Positions 42,739-51,159 are shown, numbered from the stretch's first letter. The stretch: DNA of 57,037 nt from Minisyncoccota bacterium (GCA_022763365.1 JALEGN010000019.1:1-57037); one strand, 5' to 3'. A program made the numbers and translations. The notes: a model not told the origin generated them from the sequence alone.

Positions 42739-43260
42739 TCACAAGTATTGGTTTTGTATAAATATTTTAAGAATTCCTAAAGGTTCAGTAAAAAATTTCT
42801 CCCAACCAACCCAGTTATCATAATAACTTTCTGGATTATTAGGCCAATCGCTGAAAAGAGGAGCAGATCGAAGATATGTTTCTGAATCAACCATGCCCAT
42901 TTCTCGCATTTTTACAATAAGATCAAACTGATACAGATAGCCCATGGAATCACGTTTTAATGCAAAAACCTCCTCTTCTTTCTTTTGTTTCTTTTTAGGT
43001 TGTGAAACCTTAGAACTCTCGAGAACTTGAGTATTTTTTACAGCCTTGCTTGAAGGTATTGGCTTTATTTTCTTGTTGCGAAAACCAGGAAACAACAATT
43101 CCCATATTTCATCTGCAGTTTTACCTTCATTGCGATACGCAACATAGGGCATCGAAGGAAGATTATATTTCGCAGCGCGTACTCGATACTGCAAAGGGTT
43201 TCTGATATCGCTAATTGATTTTACCCGTAACGCCAGTTCGAGTAGATTTTTAGGATACAT
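42739..43260 (-). CDS. Hypothetical protein
   Basis: 173-aa ORF. The C-terminal WPNNPESYYDNWVGWEKFF resembles P..P...Y...GW.GW..F repeats seen in some phage/integrase-associated proteins (weak). Confidence 0.6.
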   Translation of the reverse strand: MYPKNLLELALRVKSISDIRNPLQYRVRAAKYNLPSMPYVAYRNEGKTADEIWELLFPGFRNKKIKPIPSSKAVKNTQVLESSKVSQPKKKQKKEEEVFALKRDSMGYLYQFDLIVKMREMGMVDSETYLRSAPLFSDWPNNPESYYDNWVGWEKFFTEPLGILKIFIQNQYL

Positions 43261-43313
43261 AATTAAAGTATTTTTATTTACTCACACTATAACAATTTAT
43301 TACCTAAAAAGTC

Positions 43314-43341
43314 TTGACAAAAATTTTAGTTCGTGTATTAT
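43314..43341 (+). promoter_or_regulatory. Near-consensus promoter TTGACA-16 nt-TATTAT
   Basis: TTGACA at 43314-43319 and TATTAT at 43336-43341. Drives the ~85-nt unit that ends at terminator 43397-43432. Confidence 0.55.
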
Positions 43342-43348
43342 ATTAATT

Positions 43349-43432
43349 GTGAGTGGCGAGTTACGCAGGTAATTTTTTTAGCCATAAACATCCGACAAAA
43401 GAGCACTTGGTTTCCAAGGGCTCTTTTGTTTT
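43349..43432 (+). ncRNA. Candidate small RNA or cis-regulatory leader (about 85 nt)
   Basis: Bounded by the near-consensus promoter (43314-43341) and an intrinsic terminator (43397-43432). No credible ORF inside and no family recognised. Confidence 0.3.
43397..43432 (+). terminator. Intrinsic terminator about 85 nt downstream of a consensus promoter
   Basis: AAAAGAGCACTTGG-TTT-CCAAGGGCTCTTTTGTTTT. Confidence 0.7.
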
Positions 43433-43473
43433 ATAAATTTTACTATGTAGAGTGGATACGATATAATTTAATT

Positions 43474-43569
43474 ATGTTTATTCTTGATAGCATTTTAAAA
43501 ATTGTCCTAGGTGTTGTTGATATTGTTATGGGACTCTTTACAGCTATTTTTGGCGGCGGAAGAAAATAA
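43474..43569 (+). CDS. Candidate 31-aa hydrophobic peptide (MFILDSILKIVLGVVDIVMGLFTAIFGGGRK)
   Basis: ATG at 43474 is 6 nt after TATAAT (43462-43467), with TTTACT 17 nt upstream of that hexamer. The longer track ORF (43333..) runs through a terminator hairpin. Confidence 0.35.
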   Translation: MFILDSILKIVLGVVDIVMGLFTAIFGGGRK

Positions 43570-43591
43570 AAAACACCTAAAGGTGTTTTTT
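43568..43591. terminator. Bidirectional terminator AAAAAACACC-TAAA-GGTGTTTTTT (family member 5)
   Basis: Lies between the convergent small peptide ORF (+) and vWA gene (-). Confidence 0.85.
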
Positions 43592-45029
43592 ATTTTTCTT
43601 TTGCGTCTATATGCTCAGCCGGTAATCCATCAAACCAACTACGTGACATAGCTCTTCCATCCTTATACTCACCCTTATCTAAGGCAATCATTATCTCAGG
43701 ATTTTCATTAAGAGATACTTCTTTGTAACCTCCCACTGACTGATCTGGGTTAAGAACCTGAATAACAACCTTAATGCCTCTTTCGTTAAGGGTTTCAACA
43801 AGGTTATTTGAAAATTTAGTTTGTTCACTTCGGGCCGCATTTCTTGCCTCAGCATCGTCTGACCAAATTTCTTTGAATGAAAAATCAGGTTCATCAGTGA
43901 TGATAACTATTTTTGAATTATCTTCAACATCAGATAAATATCTTTCAATCGTTTTCGTATGTGCCTCTGCATTACCTCCCAAAAGACCTTTTTTAGAAAT
44001 TTCTTTGCCTAATTCTTGTTCTAAATCATTTACAAAATTATAAACAGCCTTAGCATCTTCTACCATTGAGCCAGATTGATCTATAATTACCATATCAGCA
44101 TCAACAAAAGTCTTTAATTTAGGATTTTTTTCGATTGCGTCCTGAACAAATTCAGGAATATCTTCTACAGCTGAGGCTGGGTTTCGTTCAATCATTTCTT
44201 CGATAGAAATGCGAAGACGTCTTCCTTCTTCAATAATCCCATCTGCATCTTCTTGGGTATATTGACGTGTAGATGTCTCCATCGCAGCAGAGTCGATACC
44301 GTCAACCGAATCAAGAACATTGTCTTGCATAGCTTTTACACCTTCATCTGCACGATATTGAGCCAATGTCTCATTATCAAATACTTGACCACGTGACCCA
44401 CTATCAGTGCCTACCTCAGGATCAATTACGTGATAACTCGTTGATCCTTCAATTACGATTTTTGCTTCACCTGAATTAATTCTTTCTTTAACTTCTTCTG
44501 GTAATTCATTTAGGAATTCTATAAATTCAGATTTTAGTTCTATAATTTGCTCTGGAGACAAGTCAGCTTTCCCCATGTCAAAACCTGCGTCAAAAGTTTT
44601 TTCAAATTTTTCAACGCCATCTTCTAGACCATTTTCATTATTATCTTCAGGGTCAGGTTCAGTCTCATTCATGTTTTGCTGTGCTTCTTCAAAAGAAATG
44701 GTATCAACATCTTTTTCTGTAGCTTGTGCATCAAAAGAAATTTCTTTATTAATATCATTTCCTTTCGGTGTATGCTCAGCAGTATTTGCTTTTGCGATAG
44801 CAGGGGCAAGTAAAGTCATCCCAAGGAGTACAGCTTTTCGTAGTTTTGCCCGCATACCTTCTTTTTTAATAGCGTTGTTAAAAACCTCGGTATTATCCTC
44901 TGCCAATAAAGCTTCGATTTCTTTAAAGTCCTCAAGATCTTTACCAGTTAATTCCGGCATCGTTTCTTGTTCAACTTTTGTCGCCTCAATTGTATCTTCT
45001 TGTTTATTTATAATTACTTTTTCAAACAT
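43590..45029 (-). CDS. Secreted/membrane-anchored von Willebrand factor A (vWA) domain protein
   Basis: 479 aa with hydrophobic segment AVLLGMTLLAPAIAKA. MIDAS-type VIIDQSGSM and later IVIITDEPD. Confidence 0.8.
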   Translation of the reverse strand: MFEKVIINKQEDTIEATKVEQETMPELTGKDLEDFKEIEALLAEDNTEVFNNAIKKEGMRAKLRKAVLLGMTLLAPAIAKANTAEHTPKGNDINKEISFDAQATEKDVDTISFEEAQQNMNETEPDPEDNNENGLEDGVEKFEKTFDAGFDMGKADLSPEQIIELKSEFIEFLNELPEEVKERINSGEAKIVIEGSTSYHVIDPEVGTDSGSRGQVFDNETLAQYRADEGVKAMQDNVLDSVDGIDSAAMETSTRQYTQEDADGIIEEGRRLRISIEEMIERNPASAVEDIPEFVQDAIEKNPKLKTFVDADMVIIDQSGSMVEDAKAVYNFVNDLEQELGKEISKKGLLGGNAEAHTKTIERYLSDVEDNSKIVIITDEPDFSFKEIWSDDAEARNAARSEQTKFSNNLVETLNERGIKVVIQVLNPDQSVGGYKEVSLNENPEIMIALDKGEYKDGRAMSRSWFDGLPAEHIDAKEK

Positions 45030-45140
45030 ATTATTCTTTAAATTAGATGAATATATTATAACATTTATTTTTTATATGTAAATATATTATATAGCTTATA
45101 GTATATCGCCAGTATACCACTCCTAGGGTTCCAGATATAG

Positions 45141-45164
45141 AAAAACCACACATCTGTGTGGTTT
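45141..45164 (-). terminator. Intrinsic terminator
   Basis: AAAAACCACAC-ATCT-GTGTGGTTT after 45169..46425. Confidence 0.75.
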
Positions 45165-45168
45165 AAAA

Positions 45169-46425
45169 TTATTGTGTATCCCTTAAATAAGTTGAAGATA
45201 TTTCTGGTAGTCGACTTGGCACTAATTGAAATAGATCACCAAACCCCCAAGGAATAGTATCCATAACACTACCAAAGGTAAGTCCTGACCCTGGCCGCTC
45301 GAACACAAGGAATGAAGTCCCATGATTATGGTAAGGCATCATTGCTTGCTCGAGCAAACTTAGATCTGAATCACTATCAGACTCTAGAGTTCCGTTACCA
45401 GAAACCTTGAGGTACCTAGGATCAGATATCTTTACCATATTATCAACACCGATAACTATTGGTGTGTTTGGAAAGAGTTCGCCCATTTTAGCGTAGGTCC
45501 CAGCACCGTAGGTCACCGCAACCGCATAAAGACTATTAAACTGCATTAACCTTTTATTAATCTCTCTATTACTTAAATCACCTTTAATTGGATGTGAGGT
45601 TTCAAGAAGAAATAAGGGTTTTTTACCTGTCATAATAGCCACAATCCGAGCCATCTCTTCATGTCCAATATGCAAAGGGTTGGCAGAACTAGGAAGAAGA
45701 AAATATTCATTAGGATTAAATGATTCATCATCTAGATCACTAGAGATTACATCATGTTCGGGTAGAAAAATATTAACATCCTTAATTCTATCAATATCAT
45801 GAAACATACGACCTTCAATTCTATAGAATTGTTTTAATAAATTCATTTCTTCTGTAGATAAGCCATCTGGCCTGTCAGTACTACGGAAATTGTGAATATC
45901 AATTTTTGCAACACTATAGTGATCCAAAACGAGTTTTAAGGCAAAAAAATCACACAAATCGTTTTCCAAAGTACGCCCAAAAAGTGATGTATTATCAGTT
46001 TTTTTCGGGAATTCTATTGAAAATTCTCGTCTATAGTTCCGAGACTTAAGGCACATATATGCACCTAAATATCCTCGTTTAGGTCGACCTGGATCAATCG
46101 AGCCTGTAACCGATAACCCTACAACCATATTAGGATGTACTTTTTCACGATTAAAACCATGTTTTCTTCCGCGGTACCAGGCCTCTGCTGCAAGAGCATT
46201 TGCCATTTCTTGTGACACAAATTTTGTAATCAACATCCCACCAACATACAGCGTACTTGCTTCTTGTGAATAAGGGAATGTTCCCCCTAAAAGGGTATTG
46301 GAACATCCCGGGATTGATGTAAGTATTCCTTGTAAGCTGGCGCTCGCTCCTGTTGCCACTATTTCGATAAATGATTCCTTATGCTCATGGAGCTGTTTGA
46401 TATATGATTCTACATTTAACAACAT
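45169..46425 (-). CDS. Fusion: CinA-C/PncC-like domain + NadD/NMNAT-type nucleotidyltransferase
   Basis: The N-terminal VATGASASLQGILTSIPGCSNTLLGGTFPYSQEAS...LSVTGSIDPG resembles the CinA C-terminal domain. The C-terminal LLPSSANPLHIGHEEM ((H/T)xGH) and PEISSTYLRD (ISST.xR) are NMN/NaMN adenylyltransferase signatures. Confidence 0.75.
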   Translation of the reverse strand: MLLNVESYIKQLHEHKESFIEIVATGASASLQGILTSIPGCSNTLLGGTFPYSQEASTLYVGGMLITKFVSQEMANALAAEAWYRGRKHGFNREKVHPNMVVGLSVTGSIDPGRPKRGYLGAYMCLKSRNYRREFSIEFPKKTDNTSLFGRTLENDLCDFFALKLVLDHYSVAKIDIHNFRSTDRPDGLSTEEMNLLKQFYRIEGRMFHDIDRIKDVNIFLPEHDVISSDLDDESFNPNEYFLLPSSANPLHIGHEEMARIVAIMTGKKPLFLLETSHPIKGDLSNREINKRLMQFNSLYAVAVTYGAGTYAKMGELFPNTPIVIGVDNMVKISDPRYLKVSGNGTLESDSDSDLSLLEQAMMPYHNHGTSFLVFERPGSGLTFGSVMDTIPWGFGDLFQLVPSRLPEISSTYLRDTQ

Positions 46426-46526
46426 ACAGTATTTAATTTTAGTTTTACAATTTATTAAATTATAAAACGTAAAAATTATCTTGCAAGATATTAAGCGAAA
46501 GGTTAGGATAAAGAAAAACCATACAA

Positions 46527-47348
46527 ATGAAAAAGTTTAGCGTTCAAACGAGCGAATATATTGATAAGGGAGCTTTTTGGAAGAAAAAAGTTGTACAATT
46601 TCTCAAAGATAATATCTCAGATGTTTCGATAACCAATAGAAATCCCGACGTAGTCATTATCTTAGGAGGCGACGGTACCATTATCGATAAGGTAATGGAG
46701 TTTGAAAAATATAATCCACTATTTTTTGGTCTTAACCTTGGAAATGTGGGATTCTTAGCATCGGTGCGTAAAGAAAATGAATTTCTTGAAGGGATTCACA
46801 GCCTTATCAAGGGTGAATTTGAAACTTCAACACGAATGCTCCTTGAGGCAAAAGTACTATCAAACAAAAAAGTGATTGCCGTACATCGTGCTTTTAATGA
46901 AGTTGTTGTGAGGCATGTTGCTGGTGTTGTTGACCTGAGCCTTAGTTTAGGTTCACAAGAAATACGATCCTTGAAGGGTGATGGTGTTATCATAGCCAGC
47001 CCATCGGGCTCTACGGCGTATAATTTTTCAGCCGGCGGACCGATTATTGATCCTAAAATTGAGTCGTTAATCATTACCAGCATGATGGACCTGAAAGGAC
47101 GGAAAAACTCTTTGGTGATCAGTCCAAATAATGCGGTATCAATTCGCGTGAATAGCTTTCGCGAAAACAGAGATAGTATTAATAAAGATGTGATCCTTAC
47201 CATTGACGGTAAAGCACAAGAAAGTTTAAGCATGTTTGACGAAGTCTGTGTCAAAAAACATTCTCGAGCAATTAGGATAGCAGAACTTATTACGAACAAA
47301 GAAAACGAAAATTATTTCTTTGCATCAGCAAAAGAAAAATTAGACTAA
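46527..47348 (+). CDS. nadK: NAD(+) kinase
   Basis: VVIILGGDGTIID, NLGNVGFLA and GDGVIIASPSGSTAYNFSAGGPII motifs. 273 aa. Confidence 0.93.
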   Translation: MKKFSVQTSEYIDKGAFWKKKVVQFLKDNISDVSITNRNPDVVIILGGDGTIIDKVMEFEKYNPLFFGLNLGNVGFLASVRKENEFLEGIHSLIKGEFETSTRMLLEAKVLSNKKVIAVHRAFNEVVVRHVAGVVDLSLSLGSQEIRSLKGDGVIIASPSGSTAYNFSAGGPIIDPKIESLIITSMMDLKGRKNSLVISPNNAVSIRVNSFRENRDSINKDVILTIDGKAQESLSMFDEVCVKKHSRAIRIAELITNKENENYFFASAKEKLD

Positions 47349-47350
47349 AT

Positions 47351-47379
47351 AAAAAACCCGAACTCGTTCGGGTTTTTTT
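47351..47379. terminator. Bidirectional terminator
   Basis: AAAAAACCCGAAC-TCG-TTCGGGTTTTTTT between convergent nadK and 47378..47668. Confidence 0.85.
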
Positions 47380-47668
47380 ATTTGCTTGCTTCATCAATAG
47401 TGATTTGAAAATCATTCCACCATTTAGTAACACGAGCAGTAAATTCGTCCCAATCAGCTTCCAGCCAATCAGCACCTGCATTAACTTCTTCTGAAAAATT
47501 TTTCATTGCGTCATTATATTTCAGTCGTGTTTCAGCATTTATTTTGTCAGCTCGTGCGTCCATTTCTTGGACGATTGCATTCCATTTTTCTATATAATTG
47601 TTATTACTCATATTAGTTAAAGTTTTAATGCGAATAATAGAGTCATAAGGACAATATTGCGCGTACAT
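47378..47668 (-). CDS. Small Trp-rich helical hypothetical protein
   Basis: 96-aa ORF. TATAAA (47676-47681) is 7 nt upstream of the ATG. An alternative internal start exists at 47611. Confidence 0.5.
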   Translation of the reverse strand: MYAQYCPYDSIIRIKTLTNMSNNNYIEKWNAIVQEMDARADKINAETRLKYNDAMKNFSEEVNAGADWLEADWDEFTARVTKWWNDFQITIDEASK

Positions 47669-47706
47669 CCTTATATTTATAACCTAGGTTTGATAAATCA
47701 CGTGAT

Positions 47707-48186
47707 TCATTCAAGTACCGTAGGAATTAAAGAATGAATAAGTTGTGCGTGCACAAAAGGAGTAATTTCAGTATTAGGTGAGACGATAGCCTTTTGTTCA
47801 AGTTCTAACTCGAAGCTATTTATACTCCCTGAAATAGGCCGTACCGTAACATCTACACCATTATTTTTATTGTAGTTTACAGAAATGAGCTGTTTTTTAG
47901 TTTCAGTATCGACTTCTAAAATAGTCGCTTCTTTTTCAATTAAAAATTCAACAGATTCTTGATATACCTTAATGGACTTAATTTCTTCGTGTTGATTACT
48001 AAGATAAGAGATATAGTTTAGTAAATCTACTTCATTGCCAACTTGTTGGTAATGAAGTTCTTTAATTTGAGAAGATGAGTTTGTTTCATTTTCAGCAAAT
48101 ACTCTATTAAAACCAATAAATACAAGAGATACTACGACTATAAAGAGAGTAGAAAAAATCAAATGAAATTGTTTTTTCTTTAACAT
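47707..48186 (-). CDS. Signal-anchored hypothetical protein
   Basis: 159 aa with N-terminal hydrophobic segment LIFSTLFIVVVSLVFIGF. Uses a TGA stop. Confidence 0.6.
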   Translation of the reverse strand: MLKKKQFHLIFSTLFIVVVSLVFIGFNRVFAENETNSSSQIKELHYQQVGNEVDLLNYISYLSNQHEEIKSIKVYQESVEFLIEKEATILEVDTETKKQLISVNYNKNNGVDVTVRPISGSINSFELELEQKAIVSPNTEITPFVHAQLIHSLIPTVLE

Positions 48187-48277
48187 ACCTTATATTATAT
48201 ACTAAATGTACATTTAATGCAAAAAGTATAAAAACATATCTATTTACATTTTATTGAAAGTTAGTTAAGATATAAGT

Positions 48278-48487
48278 ATGAAAGTATTTAAAGCAACACA
48301 AGCACGCGCTGAATTTCAAGACGTTATTGATACTGCCTACTACAAAGAAGAGCCAGTTATTATTATCAAACGTAATAAACCCTGGGTAGTTATTACAAAA
48401 CTTGATCAAACCAATGAAGAAATTCAAGCTGAAATTGAAAAATTCTTATCGGAAGAAAAAATCCAAAAGCTCTTAAACGAAAAATAG
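48278..48487 (+). CDS. Phd/YefM-type antitoxin-like protein (no adjacent toxin)
   Basis: 69 aa. MKVFKATQARAEFQDVIDTAYYKEEPVIIIKRNKPWVVI matches the Phd/YefM N-terminal pattern. Confidence 0.65.
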   Translation: MKVFKATQARAEFQDVIDTAYYKEEPVIIIKRNKPWVVITKLDQTNEEIQAEIEKFLSEEKIQKLLNEK

Positions 48488-48515
48488 TTTAAGGTTTTTA
48501 AAATCAACCACAATA

Positions 48516-48548
48516 AAACCCTTATGATTGTACAATCATAAGGGTTTT
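48516..48548. terminator. Bidirectional terminator with 15-bp stem
   Basis: AAACCCTTATGATTG-TA-CAATCATAAGGGTTT between the convergent antitoxin-like gene and speE. Confidence 0.85.
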
Positions 48549-48553
48549 TGTTA

Positions 48554-50203
48554 TTACATTTTCCAACCTAAATCATAATAGTATCGAAATAACACTGGGT
48601 TCATCAAAGAATTGATATCATCAAATTCTGACTCATGCCAGTCTTTTCCAAAAACAGTAGATGCCAAAAACAAATCCGAACTAAGATGGGTAGTATCAAT
48701 ATCAAGATTATCAGAAAAACTATTTTTAATATCATTCACTGAACGTTCATCATTCCAGGCCATAACCCATCCCCATTCACCAAATGAAGGAACATTTGCA
48801 TGATAAGGTAATGTTCTCAGTCCAGCTGATTGCATAGTCCTATTCATACAATGGAATGCCTCCTTTGCATGATAAGGGCTTGTACACTGTTGAATCATTA
48901 CGCCTCCTGGTGCAAGAACTCGTTGGATTTTTTTGTAAAATTCCCAAGAGTACAATTTTGCAAGTTCAATTGAATTTGGATCAGGGAAATCAATAATAAT
49001 AACATCCCATAAACCTGGTATTTGCTCAACAAACTTATCAGCATCCATATTAAGTACCTGAACATCTGCAATATGCTTAGTTGTCCTGCCATGAAGACTT
49101 TGCCTCATGGTACTTGTTCTGTATATTTCAGTCGTATCAATTACTTCTAATTGTGGCGACATAGTATACACACGTGCATCTTGAAACGCATCTTGATTTA
49201 TCGCTCTTAAAAATTTATTAGAAGCGCACAACTTAATCATGTCAGGATCTAGATCAACAAGTGTTACCTTGTGAACATCGTCATATTTTAAGACTTCTCT
49301 CAGTGCTAATCCATCACCTCCACCTAAAATTAAAACATTCCCATGTACAGGATTTACCTGAAAAGCAGGATGAGTAAGATATTCATGGTATATTTTCTCA
49401 TCAGTAGATGAAAATTGTAAATTACCATTAATAAATAATCGTGTTGATTGTGTTTCTGGATGCTGAGTGACCACTAGATCTTGATATTTTGTGGTAATCC
49501 GTTCAACAATTGGTTCTCGATATAATTCTTGTTGGGCAGAAATAATAATATTTCCACCATAGAAATAACCCCAACCAAGCGCGACGAATACAAGTATCCC
49601 TACACCCTTAAAAAACTTTGAATACCGAACTTTTTTATATCGTGAGAAATAAAAGAGTGCGATACCAGCAACAATGAGATTAGCGAGACCAACCACAAAT
49701 GCCATTTCTGTTATATTCATTCCTGTCTTAAGGATAAGAAAACCCCATATAAGCGCTCCAATAAAAGCTCCAATATAATCTGAGCTTAAAGCAACAGCAG
49801 CATTTTTTTGTACCTTTGCTTTTTTGTTCATCCTCATAACTAATGGGATTTCAAGTCCGATCAAAAGACCAATCAAGGCCATTGATCCATATAAAGCAAC
49901 TCCAAAACTAGCTGATGCATAGGCAAAGACAAGATAAAGTAGCGTTGGAGCAAATCCCATAAAGAGCGCTAAAACAAATTCAAGAGTAATAAAACTCTCA
50001 ACGTTATTACGCTCAGGTATGAATCTTTGAAACAGGGCTCCAACGCCCATCATAAGCATCATGACTCCAATAGTCATAGTAATTTGAAAAATGGAATGTC
50101 CAAGAATATACGTAGCAACGGTACCGATGATATACTCATCAATTAAACCTGTTGCCCCTGTAATAAACATACATAACCATAAAACAAGTGATAATCTTTT
50201 CAT
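48554..50203 (-). CDS. speE: Membrane-fused spermidine/spermine synthase-like aminopropyltransferase
   Basis: 549 aa. The N-terminal ~210 aa hold about 7 TM helices. The C-terminal part has VLILGGGDGLALREVLKY, VTLVDLDPDMIK and IIIDFPDP, the SpeE SAM/dcAdoMet-binding signatures. Confidence 0.9.
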   Translation of the reverse strand: MKRLSLVLWLCMFITGATGLIDEYIIGTVATYILGHSIFQITMTIGVMMLMMGVGALFQRFIPERNNVESFITLEFVLALFMGFAPTLLYLVFAYASASFGVALYGSMALIGLLIGLEIPLVMRMNKKAKVQKNAAVALSSDYIGAFIGALIWGFLILKTGMNITEMAFVVGLANLIVAGIALFYFSRYKKVRYSKFFKGVGILVFVALGWGYFYGGNIIISAQQELYREPIVERITTKYQDLVVTQHPETQSTRLFINGNLQFSSTDEKIYHEYLTHPAFQVNPVHGNVLILGGGDGLALREVLKYDDVHKVTLVDLDPDMIKLCASNKFLRAINQDAFQDARVYTMSPQLEVIDTTEIYRTSTMRQSLHGRTTKHIADVQVLNMDADKFVEQIPGLWDVIIIDFPDPNSIELAKLYSWEFYKKIQRVLAPGGVMIQQCTSPYHAKEAFHCMNRTMQSAGLRTLPYHANVPSFGEWGWVMAWNDERSVNDIKNSFSDNLDIDTTHLSSDLFLASTVFGKDWHESEFDDINSLMNPVLFRYYYDLGWKM

Positions 50204-50263
50204 GTATAAAGTTTTTAAATTAATTCAAAATAAATTATATCATAATATATTATAAAATCAAGT

Positions 50264-50292
50264 AAAAAACCCTTTGGAATTCAAAGGGTTTT
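50264..50292 (-). terminator. Intrinsic terminator after DUF350 gene
   Basis: AAAAAACCCTTTG-GAATT-CAAAGGGTTTT. Confidence 0.85.
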
Positions 50293-50308
50293 GTTGCATT
50301 TTATATAG

Positions 50309-51136
50309 TTATACAACCGCAAGGCTGAGAAGTATTGCTACTCCAACCATAACTCCGCACATAAGCAAAGAAGCTGCTGTATTTTTATCTCTACGAATTT
50401 CAGTTTTCATATTGGTATTTGGCAAAAATGTCCAATCAACGATTTTATAGACGGCAAGCAATAAAGCCATACCCAAAAGGGTATATTTACCAAAACCTAA
50501 AAGATCACTTGACCAATCAACAAATTCACCAGAAATTGAAGAACGTAAAATTAATGATAACGATACAAGAACACCTCCTACTAATACAGCGGCAGAAGCG
50601 TTATTTCCTCTAATTTCTTCAGCAATACTAAATGGTGTAAACAATTCAAACAACTTAGCACAAATTACTAAAGCAACTTGGCCAAGAAGAAAGAATACCG
50701 GACCAGCAATAGTCGGACCCTCGCCTCCAGAAAAAGAAGCAAAGCCAATCAAACCTGTTGCCAGAAAAACGGACATTTCTATAATGCCAACTGCTACATT
50801 ACCTTGTTCAACCTCCAGACTATTATTAAGACCGGGAAGAATCACCTTATCAGTAACAAACGAGCTAATAATGAACATTACAATAACAAGAACACCTTCA
50901 ATAACCATCCATTTAACCAAATCAAGACTAAATGAATCAGAAACATTAGCTAGAACAGGGCCGCAGATTGCTATCAAGAGCCCTGCGTATAATCCAAACT
51001 TTGAGAATCCAACAGCTAAATTACTGCCTTCTTCAATTTCATAATTATCATCATATGGGGTAACCATATCGATAACCTTTTTGCCCACAAGGGCAATAAT
51101 AAGCCCGAGGGCAACATAAATTAATGAAACTAACAT
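50309..51136 (-). CDS. Membrane protein with four DUF350 (YjfL-like) repeats
   Basis: 275 aa. The repeat pattern (D..TP/LP....E(I/V)..GN.A(V/A)......) occurs 4 times, each flanked by TM helices. Confidence 0.8.
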   Translation of the reverse strand: MLVSLIYVALGLIIALVGKKVIDMVTPYDDNYEIEEGSNLAVGFSKFGLYAGLLIAICGPVLANVSDSFSLDLVKWMVIEGVLVIVMFIISSFVTDKVILPGLNNSLEVEQGNVAVGIIEMSVFLATGLIGFASFSGGEGPTIAGPVFFLLGQVALVICAKLFELFTPFSIAEEIRGNNASAAVLVGGVLVSLSLILRSSISGEFVDWSSDLLGFGKYTLLGMALLLAVYKIVDWTFLPNTNMKTEIRRDKNTAASLLMCGVMVGVAILLSLAVV

Positions 51137-51159
51137 ATTTTTGTTTTTAAAGTTATAAA

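Noticed and set aside
39499-43330. Genomic island bounded by tRNA-Arg and tRNA-Pro
   Set aside because: There is no integrase or mobility gene and no long direct repeats. The content is a cupin-like protein, a Zn-ribbon protein, yraN and one hypothetical. Only the short tRNA-derived repeat and the motif array are reported, as separate observations.
43333-43473. 78-aa ORF 43333..43569 with a GTG start
   Set aside because: It would start inside a promoter and read through a strong intrinsic terminator hairpin (43397-43432). Only the distal 31-aa portion has its own -10/ATG context.
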